Assembly: GCA_944321875.1 (NCBI GenBank)
Contig: CALUMX010000013.1
Coordinates: 2,816-66,815, forward strand
Reading direction: 5' to 3'
DNA length: 64,000 nucleotides
From: an uncultured Muribaculaceae bacterium
GTDB taxonomy: Bacteria > Bacteroidota > Bacteroidia > Bacteroidales > Muribaculaceae
Shown: piece after piece, positions 20,849 through 30,508 of the stretch
Position numbering within the stretch: the first letter of the stretch is position 1
How the letters are laid out: every line of letters begins with the position of its first letter
Notes under the pieces: generated by a model
What the model saw: only the letters and a program-made list of their open reading frames with translations
The model's database searches: none
What the model was told of the DNA's origin: nothing
Program-made: the position numbers and the translations under genes

Positions 20849-21961
20849 CTATTCTTTCGGGGTGCTTCCGTCATTCTCCGGCTTTTTGCGGTAAGGCTCG
20901 ATGACGTAGGTGTTGTAGTAGGAGAGCAGGATGGAGGTGAGCGGCAACGCTACAATCAGGCCGAGGAATCCGAGAAGCGTTCCCCAAATGGAGAGCGAGA
21001 GCAGGATGATGGCCGGATTGAGTCCCATTTTGCTGCCCATGATTTTCGGGACGAGATAGAGGTCCTGAATGGCCTGCACGACAATATAGACAGTCATTGC
21101 CAGCGCAAAGATTACCCAGAATTCAGTTCCTGTCTCTGCTGAATAGACAACGCAGAGGAACGTGGTGGGGAGCAGGGATATGAGTTGTAGGTAGGGAACA
21201 AGGTTCAGCACTCCGATAAACATGCCGAGAACGATGGGCATGGGTATGTCGATAATCAGAAATCCGATACTGAAAAGCACGCCTACCAGAAAGGCTACGA
21301 GCGTCTGTCCGCGGAAATAGCGGTTCATGCTGTCTTTGACGTCGTTGGCCACTTTCAATACCTTTTCTTTGTATTGTCCCGGAATGAGGTTTTTCATTCC
21401 GTTCATGAAGCGGTCGTAGTCCATCAGGATGAAGAAGAAATAGAGCAGCACGATGAACCAGCTGCAGATGGCCCAAAGGAAGGCAACTCCGCTGCTCACC
21501 ATTGTCCATGTGCCCGACAGCGTCTGCTTGGCTATCTCAATCCATTCTTCCCGCGTGAAAAGCGACTTGATTTCCTCCGCGTTGATATGCTCGACGATGA
21601 ACTGATGCACTTCCGGCGGAAGTATCGGGGAGTCGTTGCGTGACGCGTAGTCCATGATGAGGTCAACAACGATGTTGATTTCCTGGATAACTTGCGGAAT
21701 GAGCAGATAGATGCACAATGCGATTATCCCCGTGAATTCCAGCAGAAAGAGGAAGATGGGGAGCGCATTTGAGCGGCATCGCAGCATTTTCTTGTTGAAT
21801 GCGACGAAGGGCTTGAAGATATAGGCCAGAAGGCAGGCGATGAAAAAGGGCAGCAGTGCCCCGCTCAGAATGTTGAGCACCCAGAAGAATGCAATCACGG
21901 AAACGATTCCGATGATGATTCTGACTACGCGGTCAAACGTGTATGGGCGCGACGAGAGCAT
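20849..21961 (-). CDS. AI-2E family transporter (PerM/UPF0118)
   Basis: About 8 transmembrane segments and typical motifs (GQTLVAFLVGVLFSIGF, NLVPYLQ, LNPAIILLSL). Confidence 0.8.
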   Translation of the reverse strand: MLSSRPYTFDRVVRIIIGIVSVIAFFWVLNILSGALLPFFIACLLAYIFKPFVAFNKKMLRCRSNALPIFLFLLEFTGIIALCIYLLIPQVIQEINIVVDLIMDYASRNDSPILPPEVHQFIVEHINAEEIKSLFTREEWIEIAKQTLSGTWTMVSSGVAFLWAICSWFIVLLYFFFILMDYDRFMNGMKNLIPGQYKEKVLKVANDVKDSMNRYFRGQTLVAFLVGVLFSIGFLIIDIPMPIVLGMFIGVLNLVPYLQLISLLPTTFLCVVYSAETGTEFWVIFALAMTVYIVVQAIQDLYLVPKIMGSKMGLNPAIILLSLSIWGTLLGFLGLIVALPLTSILLSYYNTYVIEPYRKKPENDGSTPKE

Positions 21962-21977
21962 GGGCTGTCCCTCCTTC

Positions 21978-22907
21978 TTATCGGTTCATGGCGAATGAGC
22001 GGGATGCCAGGCGGTAGTTGTCGACAAATACCTCTACCAGATAGCTGCCTTTGGAAAGGTCGGACGTTACGTTGTGGTAGACAGAGAGCGACACTTCCTG
22101 CTGGTCGTATTCGATGGTCTTCTTTTCCGTGTAGACTACATTTCCACCCTCAAACGGGAATGTGCGGCCTTGTCCGAGTACGGTACCTTCAGGGCTGACG
22201 ATGCGCACATAGAATGTCTTCTCGCCTACCGGAGTAGAATTGTTTTGCGGAATGGTGAATGATACGAGAAGCTGCTTTGCTTTTCCGATTTTCTTTTCAG
22301 TCTTGCCTTTCTTGTTGAGGGCGTTGAATGAAAGTCCGGTGAGGTTGAGCTTCTCGGCCAGTTCCATACGCTCGCTCAGACGCTGGTTCTTCTGCGTGTA
22401 GTCCGACACGGTTGAGGAGAGCTGGCGGTTTTCTGTCTGGAGCTGTTGGTTCTGGTTTTTCAACTCTGTATTTTCACGGCCGAGGGAGTCGATGACAGCG
22501 ACATAGTGGCGCAAAAGGCTCTTCAACGTGGCGATTTCGCCCTGCAGTTCCTTGATGCGCTTGCGGTTGGTTGCCTTTTCCGTCTTCAGCTCGGCAAGCA
22601 GTTTCTCCACTTTGTCCTTTGCCTGAGTGTATTGCTCAAGCAGAGAGTCGTTTTGGAGGTATTGGGCTTGGTTCTCATATTGCTGGAACTCGTTGTTGAG
22701 CGTCTCATATTCGCCTGCCAGCTGGAGTTTCTCGTTGGCAAGCTTCATGGAGTCGAGTTGTCGTTGCAACTGCTCTTTGTCGGAGCTGCAGGAGCCCAGA
22801 CCCATAATCAGCAGACCTATTAAAGCGATGGCTACCAGGATGCCGCCCGCCTTGACCATACGGCTGGCACCTTTCATTTCTGTATCATTGTTGTTGTTAG
22901 TGCTCAT
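21978..22907 (-). CDS. Membrane-anchored coiled-coil protein of unknown function
   Basis: One N-terminal transmembrane segment, about 150 aa of heptad-rich Q/E/L sequence, and a beta-rich C-terminal domain. I recognised no family. Confidence 0.6.
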   Translation of the reverse strand: MSTNNNNDTEMKGASRMVKAGGILVAIALIGLLIMGLGSCSSDKEQLQRQLDSMKLANEKLQLAGEYETLNNEFQQYENQAQYLQNDSLLEQYTQAKDKVEKLLAELKTEKATNRKRIKELQGEIATLKSLLRHYVAVIDSLGRENTELKNQNQQLQTENRQLSSTVSDYTQKNQRLSERMELAEKLNLTGLSFNALNKKGKTEKKIGKAKQLLVSFTIPQNNSTPVGEKTFYVRIVSPEGTVLGQGRTFPFEGGNVVYTEKKTIEYDQQEVSLSVYHNVTSDLSKGSYLVEVFVDNYRLASRSFAMNR

Positions 22908-23008
22908 AATTATAATTCGTTGAAATTAATTGCACAAATATACTATAAAAGGAAAATAATTACAAAATTTCTGTTGTTATTTTGATTTTGACAGCCGGTG
23001 GGACGGGT

Positions 23009-23482
23009 TTACTGTGCGATGTTTATGCGGGTGTCGAAACTCAGCAGCCGGTACTTGACCGTATAGGGTGTTGCCGGATTTTTGGGTTGCTTTCCGTGGA
23101 GATAGTACATTTTGTGCTGGCGGTCGAAGGTGCTGACGAGCAACTGCCGCGTTTCTCCGGCGGGGATGTCGCATTCGATGTCGTAAGTCTCCTCATGGAG
23201 CATTTCCGACGTGTCGCCGTAGAAATAGGTGAACCGTATTTGCAGACGGGACAGATGGAACGGTGTGCCGTTGGTGACGAAGAATGATTCTTTGGCGTCG
23301 CTGACGGTCTTGCGGTAGCCGGAGATGACAATTTGATGTTCCATGCGCAGCGTGTCGGCCGCTGTTATGCGCTCGAGCAGGGCGAGTTGTTCAGGCGGGG
23401 TCGCCGTGGAGCGCAGTGTATTGGTACGGGCCGAGAGCAGGAATGCGCAGAGAAGGGCGGCCATAGTGAGAAGCGGTTTCAT
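23009..23482 (-). CDS. Secreted hypothetical protein (157 aa)
   Basis: Signal peptide MKPLLTMAALLCAFLLSA. It sits 7 nt downstream of the preceding gene in the same operon. Confidence 0.55.
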   Translation of the reverse strand: MKPLLTMAALLCAFLLSARTNTLRSTATPPEQLALLERITAADTLRMEHQIVISGYRKTVSDAKESFFVTNGTPFHLSRLQIRFTYFYGDTSEMLHEETYDIECDIPAGETRQLLVSTFDRQHKMYYLHGKQPKNPATPYTVKYRLLSFDTRINIAQ

Positions 23483-23488
23483 ACGGGG

Positions 23489-24067
23489 TTAGAATATTAG
23501 GGTCGGTGTTGTGTCTTCTGGAGGGTATGTCTTGAAAAGGCCGGGGTCGACCGTCGGCTTGTCGACGTGGGGATAGAGACGGAAGGCTCCGAACACGGAG
23601 GGCATGAAGCGCATGACGTTGACCGACAGGCGCATGCCTATTTTGGTGCGGGCAATGGTGATGGAACGGTCGCCGGTAAGCGTGCCGACGCATTGGCGGG
23701 GTGAGGACGGAGTCTCGTTTTCCCATTCGGAATAGAGCCAGAGCCGGAGTTTCCCGGGGTCGGCCGACGGTTGCGCGTAGCCGATGACAAGGCCGCAGTC
23801 GATAGCGGCGTTGGCAGCCTCGACGGCTACGATGCGGTAAGTGGGCAAGCCGTTCTCTTCTCCGTCGGCTTCGATGGCTACCGTCATTTTCTCCTCTGGC
23901 ATGACCCAGAGTCCTTCAAGCGGCAGTAGCTGCCGGCTGTCGAGTCTTTGTTCGACAGAGAGTCGGTCGTAGCCGGGTAAAACGCACGACAGCGAAGGCA
24001 CATCGGATGCCTTCGCTGTCGTTGCTGCGTATGCTGTCATCATTATGAGAATGATACGTCTTATCAT
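23489..24067 (-). CDS. Secreted hypothetical protein (192 aa)
   Basis: Signal peptide is present. Its start overlaps the stop of the upstream DUF3078-like gene by 4 nt. Confidence 0.55.
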   Translation of the reverse strand: MIRRIILIMMTAYAATTAKASDVPSLSCVLPGYDRLSVEQRLDSRQLLPLEGLWVMPEEKMTVAIEADGEENGLPTYRIVAVEAANAAIDCGLVIGYAQPSADPGKLRLWLYSEWENETPSSPRQCVGTLTGDRSITIARTKIGMRLSVNVMRFMPSVFGAFRLYPHVDKPTVDPGLFKTYPPEDTTPTLIF

Positions 24068-25515
24068 ATCTTGAATTTATATTGCAGACCAAAGCTGAAA
24101 ATTTCCTTGAACTGCCAGTATTGCCATTTGTCGTTGAATCCGGCTGAGTCGTCGTAACGGAGGTGGGCATAGAGGCGTGTCGAGAGCCACTTGTTGACAG
24201 AGAAGTCGAGGGTAGCCTCTAGGTCGCCTTGAATGTAGCCGTAGTCGGAGAAGATGAACAGACGTTGCGAGAGGGCAATGTTGCGGGCGATGTTCCACGT
24301 CAGTTTGCATTCACCGCTCGAACCGATTTCGTGGCCAAGGTGCTTTCCGGCATCGATACCGAATCCGGTCGGGTCGACTTTCTGGTTGGCACGGCAGATT
24401 TTCATGTTGTAGGAAACGGGAGAGAGCGACGCGTCGAAGGAGAACGTGCCTCGTTCGTTTTTCGTGCTGTACGTCATACCGACACCGGCATTGAACTCAC
24501 CCGGAGTAAGGAAAGAAGCCGATACGTCCCACGTGTTGCTCTTGAAGCTTTGGAACAACTGTGTCTTGAACTGGAAGTTCATACTGTAGTAGAACTTCTT
24601 GGTGGCCTTCACACCGAAACGGGTATTAATCTGGAAGATATCGTCGGTGAAGCTGTAGTCGCGCAGCTCGTCGTCAGGCGCGGAGTTCAGACCTACCTTA
24701 TATTGTATTGACAGCTCGTAGAGATAGTTGGGGTTCAACTTCTGGTTGAGCTGCAGGAAGTAGTTGATGTTGGAAATCATGTTCAAGTTCTTGTTACCGC
24801 CCTGATACCAGTTGTCGGACAGGTAGGCTTGCGAGAACTGAACGGATGCGTCGAAGTTGTGCATCCAGTTGCGCTCGCCCACATTAGCTTCCGGCGCTGC
24901 TTTCGGCAGCTCGAACTTACGTTCCTCGATGGTAAGGATGTTTTTCGATACGTCGAGCACGGCCTCGTATTGCTTCGGGGCTTCCGGCATCATATCCATA
25001 TTGTAGGGGACGAGCCACGGAGAGTAGGCTGCAACGGTCTGCAGCTGGTATTTCTCAAACTCGATGGCCCATTTCAGGTCGTCCAGCCATTCTCTGTCGT
25101 AGACCAGTTGCATGGAGTCGGGTTTGGCCGTCCATTCGGGGAAGTCGATTTTGCGCTCCGGCAGGATTTCGTATTTGTTGAATACGATGGGCAGGAACAT
25201 CATTGTCTCATACGGCTTGCGGGGCTCGTAGATAGCAAGAGAGTCAGCGAGCTGAAGCAAGGACGCCGAATTGTCGATAGCCGTGGGATATTCCACTTGC
25301 TTGGTTGTCCTCTTTCGGGATGAGACAGTCACCGTCTGTTTCTTTTTCGTACTGTCGGCAGGAGCGGTGCTGCGTGCCGGTGTCAGTCTTGTTGCCGGAA
25401 CAGAGTAGGCAGGCTTGGTGGTAGATGTCGAGTCGGAAGCCTGTATCTGGGCAGACAGGGTGTTGCCGCAAGAAAGGGCAGCGGCGCATAAGAGCAAATG
25501 TAAAATTTTATTCAT
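24064..25515 (-). CDS. DUF3078-like outer-membrane beta-barrel protein
   Basis: Signal peptide, the motif SQAYLSDNWYQGGNKN, alternating beta-strand pattern, and a C-terminal ...LQYKFKI. Confidence 0.6.
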   Translation of the reverse strand: MNKILHLLLCAAALSCGNTLSAQIQASDSTSTTKPAYSVPATRLTPARSTAPADSTKKKQTVTVSSRKRTTKQVEYPTAIDNSASLLQLADSLAIYEPRKPYETMMFLPIVFNKYEILPERKIDFPEWTAKPDSMQLVYDREWLDDLKWAIEFEKYQLQTVAAYSPWLVPYNMDMMPEAPKQYEAVLDVSKNILTIEERKFELPKAAPEANVGERNWMHNFDASVQFSQAYLSDNWYQGGNKNLNMISNINYFLQLNQKLNPNYLYELSIQYKVGLNSAPDDELRDYSFTDDIFQINTRFGVKATKKFYYSMNFQFKTQLFQSFKSNTWDVSASFLTPGEFNAGVGMTYSTKNERGTFSFDASLSPVSYNMKICRANQKVDPTGFGIDAGKHLGHEIGSSGECKLTWNIARNIALSQRLFIFSDYGYIQGDLEATLDFSVNKWLSTRLYAHLRYDDSAGFNDKWQYWQFKEIFSFGLQYKFKI

Positions 25516-25771
25516 CGCTTTTTTCGTTACTATCCAGAGTCGTGTTTTGTTCGTTTTCTAAAATAATCTTGTGGGCCAGCTCAAGGTCACAGCGGCGTAC
25601 CATCAGGCGCACCTGGGTGAACCGGATGCCTTGAAGGGCGAATACGCTTGAAGTCAACTCGTTGTTGACAACGGCGTCGATACCGTTCGTTTCGAGCACG
25701 CCTTTGATGATGTGGGCGTGAACGGCATCGTCGAAAGTGCTGAATAGTACTAAGTCGTCTGGTCTTTCCAT
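25508..25771 (-). CDS. DUF2007-like small protein (putative signal-transducing fold)
   Basis: The pattern LVLFSTFDDAVHAHIIKGVLETNGI is typical of DUF2007. It overlaps the downstream gene by 8 nt. Confidence 0.6.
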   Translation of the reverse strand: MERPDDLVLFSTFDDAVHAHIIKGVLETNGIDAVVNNELTSSVFALQGIRFTQVRLMVRRCDLELAHKIILENEQNTTLDSNEKSDE

Positions 25772-25948
25772 AATAGCTAAGCCAATTTTTGTTTGTGAAT
25801 ATAGCGACAGGCAAGTGCTGAGTCAGAACGCGAACGGCATTTTCAAGTTCCGACTAAGCCTGGCCAAATCCTATATTATGCAAATATACTGTAATTAATG
25901 TATAAACAAAAATTTAAATGTAAGTTTTGTAAATTATTGTTGTTGACA

Positions 25949-27004
25949 CTACTTAATGCCGCGTCGGTTGAGCTCGGCCTGATAGCGGTGAGCGTTGTTG
26001 ATGTGTGTCGCGTAATTATTTGTGAAGTTGTGACGGCCGGAGAAATCCTCTTTTGCGCACATATAAATATAGTCGTGCTCAGGCGCGTTGAGGATGGCTG
26101 TAAGTGTCGATTTTTCCGGCAGGCGGATGGGACCCGGTGGCAATCCCTGATGGATGTAGGTGTTGTAGGGTGATTCCGTCTTCAGGTGTTCCAGCGTAAT
26201 ACGGCGGAGCGTCTCGTCGCCGATGGCAAACTTGACGGTCGGGTCCGATTGCAGCGGCATGCCTTTGTGCAGGCGGTTGAGGTAGAGACGGGCTACGGTG
26301 CCGCGCTCGTCCTTGGCTGCGGTCTCCTCTTCTACGATGGAAGCCAGTGTCGCCACGTCGACCGGCGACAGTCCGAGTTTCTCGGCCTGGTTGACGCGGG
26401 TCTCTGTCCAGTAATTATCGAAGTTGCCTTTCATTTTCTTCAGCAGGTCTTCCGGCTTGATTGCCCAGTAGACTTCGTAGGTGTCAGGGATGAGCATGGC
26501 GGGGATGGTCTGTGGATTGAACCCGAGGCTTGCGCAGTGGGTAGAATCGGTGAGAAGTTTCAGAATGTCCTCCTTGCTCATGGCAAGCTGGCGGTCGGCT
26601 GTTTGGGCGAAGTCGTCAAGCGTGCGGAGGTTGTTGAATGTGAATTTGACAGGCGTCTGTCTGCCGGATACGAGCATGCGCCATGCCTCGACGGCCGTCA
26701 TGCCCTTGGTGATGCGGTAGGCACCGCTGCGTCGGGCCGGCTCGAAGTCGCGGTAGGTGGTAAGCAGCATCACTTTGTCAGCGAACTTCTTGCCGAAGTG
26801 GACATTCAGACTGTCGGCCACGTCCTGCTTGGTCATTTCGGCGCGTACATAAAGCATACCGTCGGCCGTAGAGCGGGCCGACAGTACGGAATACGCAACG
26901 GCAGCGCCGGCAATCACGATTGCCAGAGCTGCCACTGTCAGTATTGTCCTTAATTTTTTGTTCCCTTTCTTCTTGTTCTTTTTTTGTGTCGGGTTCTGTT
27001 CCAT
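25949..27004 (-). CDS. mltG: Endolytic murein transglycosylase MltG (YceG-like)
   Basis: N-terminal basic transmembrane anchor and the YceG motif YNTYIHQGLPPGPIRLP. Confidence 0.9.
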   Translation of the reverse strand: MEQNPTQKKNKKKGNKKLRTILTVAALAIVIAGAAVAYSVLSARSTADGMLYVRAEMTKQDVADSLNVHFGKKFADKVMLLTTYRDFEPARRSGAYRITKGMTAVEAWRMLVSGRQTPVKFTFNNLRTLDDFAQTADRQLAMSKEDILKLLTDSTHCASLGFNPQTIPAMLIPDTYEVYWAIKPEDLLKKMKGNFDNYWTETRVNQAEKLGLSPVDVATLASIVEEETAAKDERGTVARLYLNRLHKGMPLQSDPTVKFAIGDETLRRITLEHLKTESPYNTYIHQGLPPGPIRLPEKSTLTAILNAPEHDYIYMCAKEDFSGRHNFTNNYATHINNAHRYQAELNRRGIK

Positions 27005-27010
27005 TTTCTT

Positions 27011-27955
27011 TTAAATACCGTAAGTCAATATTGTATAATATTGTTGTCCGTAGTCAAAGGAGTCCATCGGTCCGTAGGCCAGCGTGATGTAGTGTCGTCC
27101 GGAATAATCCACCCAGGTGTACGACATGTTGAAGCCGTTTCCGCCTGTCTGTACCGGCGGTCCGTAGCTGTCCGAAAGATATCGGTAGAGCTGGTTGTAG
27201 CGGCCTGTGTCGTACCCGTAGGTACGGTTATAGAGGCTGACGTTGGTCATCTGCTGGTAGTTGTTGAAGCGGATGATGGCATCCTCCCAATAGAAATTGG
27301 CTTGGAAAACATTCCGCAAATATAATTCATTGTTGTGAATTCCGTCAATAAAATAACCGCCAGTGTTGAGAATTGGCAGCGAAGCCTGTATGGAAATGCC
27401 GAAATTGAGTCCGAAAATGGCCGACAGCGTTACGGCTCCCGGGTGCGGACGGAAGCCCGGACGCAGGTGCGGCATGCTCCATACCGGTGGGTGACACGGG
27501 CGGTATGGCCTCTGTGGCGGACGGCAATAGTAGTGGTTGCCGTAGTGATAGCCGCTGTAGTGAGGATTGCCGTGGTGACCCGGGTTGGGCTTGTGGAGCG
27601 GTTTATGGTTGGGTTTGGACGGAGCTCCCGGATTTCCCGTCGGGCGATTTTGCGGACGGTTGAAGAAGTTGGAACCGCCCGGATTTCCTGTCGGACGTGT
27701 TGTGCCCGGACGTCGTCCGTTGTCCGGCTTGGCCGGTTTCCCCGGTTTCCCGGGGTTTCCCGGCTTCCCCGGATTGCCTGGCTTTCCGGGATTTCCCGGT
27801 TTCCCTCCGTTGTTGCCCGGGTTGCGTTTCGGTTTGTCCTTGTTTCCGCGGTATCCGTTGTATTGGGTGGTTTGTGCGGCCGACAACGGTTCGAACGGAG
27901 TAGCCAGCAAGGCGGAGGCTATCAGTATGGATGCGAGAATTCTTGACGCTTTCAT
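27011..27955 (-). CDS. Secreted protein with a Gly/Pro/Asn/Lys low-complexity repeat region and a Tyr/Asn-rich C-terminal domain
   Basis: Signal peptide, then (GKPGNP)n, then a His/Pro/Tyr-rich segment, then a globular region of about 140 aa. I recognised no family. Confidence 0.65.
   Translation of the reverse strand: MKASRILASILIASALLATPFEPLSAAQTTQYNGYRGNKDKPKRNPGNNGGKPGNPGKPGNPGKPGNPGKPGKPAKPDNGRRPGTTRPTGNPGGSNFFNRPQNRPTGNPGAPSKPNHKPLHKPNPGHHGNPHYSGYHYGNHYYCRPPQRPYRPCHPPVWSMPHLRPGFRPHPGAVTLSAIFGLNFGISIQASLPILNTGGYFIDGIHNNELYLRNVFQANFYWEDAIIRFNNYQQMTNVSLYNRTYGYDTGRYNQLYRYLSDSYGPPVQTGGNGFNMSYTWVDYSGRHYITLAYGPMDSFDYGQQYYTILTYGI
27728..27805 (-). repeat. In-frame tandem 18-nt repeat encoding GKPGNP x ~4
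   Basis: The plus strand reads ggtttccccggtttcccggggtttcccggcttccccggattgcctggctttccgggatttcccggtttccc. The protein reads GKPGNPGKPGNPGKPGNPGKPGKP. Confidence 0.85.
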
Positions 27956-28091
27956 AGTTTCGAAATCTTGAAGTTGAGTTCTGTTGTTTTCCTTTTTGAC
28001 GAAAGAGAACGCCGGTCGTTTAACGATTAAATGTTAAATAGTATGTTTTTTTAGCTTTTCGATGGGCGGAAGTCTGTGCCGGAAATAAAGA

Positions 28092-28121
28092 GAGCGGACG
28101 TCCCGCACGGGAAGTCCGCTC
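28092..28121 (-). terminator. Terminator of the alkaline phosphatase gene
   Basis: Stem gagcggac / gtccgctc plus an inner tccc / ggga stem; the minus strand is T-rich afterwards. Confidence 0.6.
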
Positions 28122-28202
28122 ATAGGCAGGTTTTGTCTTTTGTAAGGTTGGTTGTGTGTTCTGTCGGAATTTACCTGTGTCGTAGTGATGCGTTTGATTT
28201 AA

Positions 28203-29612
28203 TTATTCGACAGTATAGCCTGCTATTTTGGCAATTTTTACAGGAATTTCAGTATTGTCCATACGGCTTTGGAAGGCTTCGGCACCTGCGCCGATGGCAT
28301 ATACCGGAGCATAGGAGGCGGAGTGTCCGTCGCTTGCCCAGTCGACCAAAGCTATCTCGTTGATGATTTCGCACGCGGCAACGCCGATTGGGTCGTCGGT
28401 CTGATAGGCGCTTGCGCTCATTTCAACCGTATTCTTGCAGTTTTCTTCGTAGACTTCCTTCAGCTGTTCCTCCTGTTCCTCTGTCAGTTTGACGCTTTTC
28501 CAGAAACCGAAGTTGTCCTCAAGCGCTTTCTTTACCTCTTCCCAAGAGATGTTGCGCTTCTCCTGACGGTATTGGTTCATGACAGCCGTAAAACCGCTAA
28601 GACTCACTTTCTGATTCTCCAACGCCTTGAGATTTAATTGGTAAGGACCGTTGCCGAGAGCCAGACCGCCGGTCTCATGGTCGGCAGTTACGAGAATCAG
28701 CGTCTCGTCGGGGTGCTGCTTGTAGAACTCATAGGCGATTTTAATGGCGTTGTCGAAGTCGATTACTTCCTGAAACGTAGTGGCTGCATCGTTGGCATGG
28801 CAGGCCCAGTCGATTTTCCCACCTTCCACCATCAGGAAGAATCCCTTTCCGTCGTTGCCCTTGTTCAGAAAGTCGATGGCAGAGCGTGTGATTTCGCAGA
28901 GTGTGAGGTCACCTTCCTTGCGGTCGATGGCGTAGGGGATAGCCGTGTTGTCTTTGCGGGATGCCTCTTCCGTCTGGAGCAGAATCATTTTTTTGGAAGC
29001 AGGAGCTTTTTTCAGATAATCCTGGTAGCCACGGGCGATGGAGTAACCGCTTTTCTTGGCTGCGGCATACAGATTGCCTTTTCCGTCGGGAGCTTCCGGC
29101 GACAGGAAGTCGGAGCCGGCATAGAAATCGAATCCTGTGGAAATCAAATCCTCTCCGATGGCATAAGCGCTGCCGCGGCTGCCTTCGTGTGCATAGAATG
29201 CGGCGGGAGTGGCATGGTCAACACTTACAGAAGTGGCGATGCCCACCTTGCTGCCTGCTTTCTGCGCCCATACGGCTACGCTGGTGACCGGAGTTGTGAG
29301 GTCGGGCAGCACGCCGATGGCTCCGTTTTGTGTCTTGTGGCCGGTGGCCAATGCCGTTCCTGCGGCTGCGGAGTCAGTCACGCCGTTGGTGGCTGAATAG
29401 GTCGTCGCTACGGATATATAAGGAAATTGAGAAAACAAAAGAGGAGTCGTGCCGATTTTCCCGGCTTGCTCTCCCAGATAGAGCTCGGTACCTTGTACCT
29501 GGTTGATGCCCATGCCGTCACCGATGAAGAAAAACACGTATTTGGCTTGCTGGCCAAAAGCCGTGCATACACACAGCAGGGCGAATAATACTGAAAGTTT
29601 GAGTTTGCGCAT
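28203..29612 (-). CDS. Alkaline phosphatase (PhoA family)
   Basis: Signal peptide; FFIGDGMG; active-site TDSAAAGTALATGHKT; ADHETGG. Confidence 0.9.
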   Translation of the reverse strand: MRKLKLSVLFALLCVCTAFGQQAKYVFFFIGDGMGINQVQGTELYLGEQAGKIGTTPLLFSQFPYISVATTYSATNGVTDSAAAGTALATGHKTQNGAIGVLPDLTTPVTSVAVWAQKAGSKVGIATSVSVDHATPAAFYAHEGSRGSAYAIGEDLISTGFDFYAGSDFLSPEAPDGKGNLYAAAKKSGYSIARGYQDYLKKAPASKKMILLQTEEASRKDNTAIPYAIDRKEGDLTLCEITRSAIDFLNKGNDGKGFFLMVEGGKIDWACHANDAATTFQEVIDFDNAIKIAYEFYKQHPDETLILVTADHETGGLALGNGPYQLNLKALENQKVSLSGFTAVMNQYRQEKRNISWEEVKKALEDNFGFWKSVKLTEEQEEQLKEVYEENCKNTVEMSASAYQTDDPIGVAACEIINEIALVDWASDGHSASYAPVYAIGAGAEAFQSRMDNTEIPVKIAKIAGYTVE

Positions 29613-29899
29613 AATATTATATTGTTAGTAGCTTTGTAATTCGTGTGCAAATTTCAGGAAACGAAACTGCGCGGTTATAACATTTCGGTAAAAATTGCCG
29701 GCGGTCTTGATTTTTGTTTGGAAAAGAGAAATGGAGTGGTCAAAATTGGGTGAAGAGAGGTGAAAGGTGCTGTTTTATGAAAGTTTAACATTTTAAAGAC
29801 GGCCAAAAGCCCCCGTAATAAGGGGCAATCCCTTTGAAAATAAGGGCTCGGGAGAAAAGAGAAAAATTGCGGACTATTTGAAATTTAGAATTTATGTAG

Positions 29900-29907
29900 T
29901 ACCTTTG
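29900..29907 (+). promoter_or_regulatory. -7 box (tacctttg) for the rplM-rpsI(-rpsB-tsf) cluster
   Basis: Exact TAnnTTTG match about 112 nt upstream of the rplM start. Confidence 0.5.
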
Positions 29908-30019
29908 CAGTCCGATTATATCCAAAAATTAGCGAATTATTGTCTCGCCGCGGATGCTTTTGGCCGGGCAGCTGCGGAGGAGGCATGGATTATGTAATTA
30001 TTTAAATTAAAATTAAGAA

Positions 30020-30499
30020 GTGGATACTTTAAGCTACAAAACCGTTTCAGCTAACGTTGAAACAGCTCAAAAAGAGTGGGTTGTAATTGACGCAACCGAT
30101 CAAGTTTTGGGTCGTCTTTGCGCGAAGGTTGCGAAAATTCTTCGTGGTAAGTACAAACCCAACTACACACCTCATGCAGATTGTGGTGACAATGTAATTA
30201 TTATCAATGCTGACAAAGTCGTATTGACAGGAAAGAAGTGGACAGACCGTGTATATCTTTCTTACACAGGCTATCCAGGTGGACAGCGTGAGTGCACTCC
30301 TGCAATCATGAAGCTCAAGGCAGAAAACAAGCACATGAAGCCGGGTATGAACCCATTGTTCATCAAGGTTATGAAAGGTATGCTTCCTAAGAACCGTCTT
30401 GGCCGTCGTTTGATTGAGAACATGCACGTTTACAACGGTGGCGAACACCCGCACGCAGCACAAAATCCTAAAGTAATTGACATCAACAAGCTTAAATAA
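30020..30499 (+). CDS. rplM: 50S ribosomal protein L13
   Basis: The sequence MDTLSYKTVSAN...KEWVVIDA...LGRLCAKVAKILRGK is unmistakably L13. The start codon is GTG. Confidence 0.95.
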   Translation: MDTLSYKTVSANVETAQKEWVVIDATDQVLGRLCAKVAKILRGKYKPNYTPHADCGDNVIIINADKVVLTGKKWTDRVYLSYTGYPGGQRECTPAIMKLKAENKHMKPGMNPLFIKVMKGMLPKNRLGRRLIENMHVYNGGEHPHAAQNPKVIDINKLK

Positions 30500-30508
30500 T
30501 ATTGAGGT

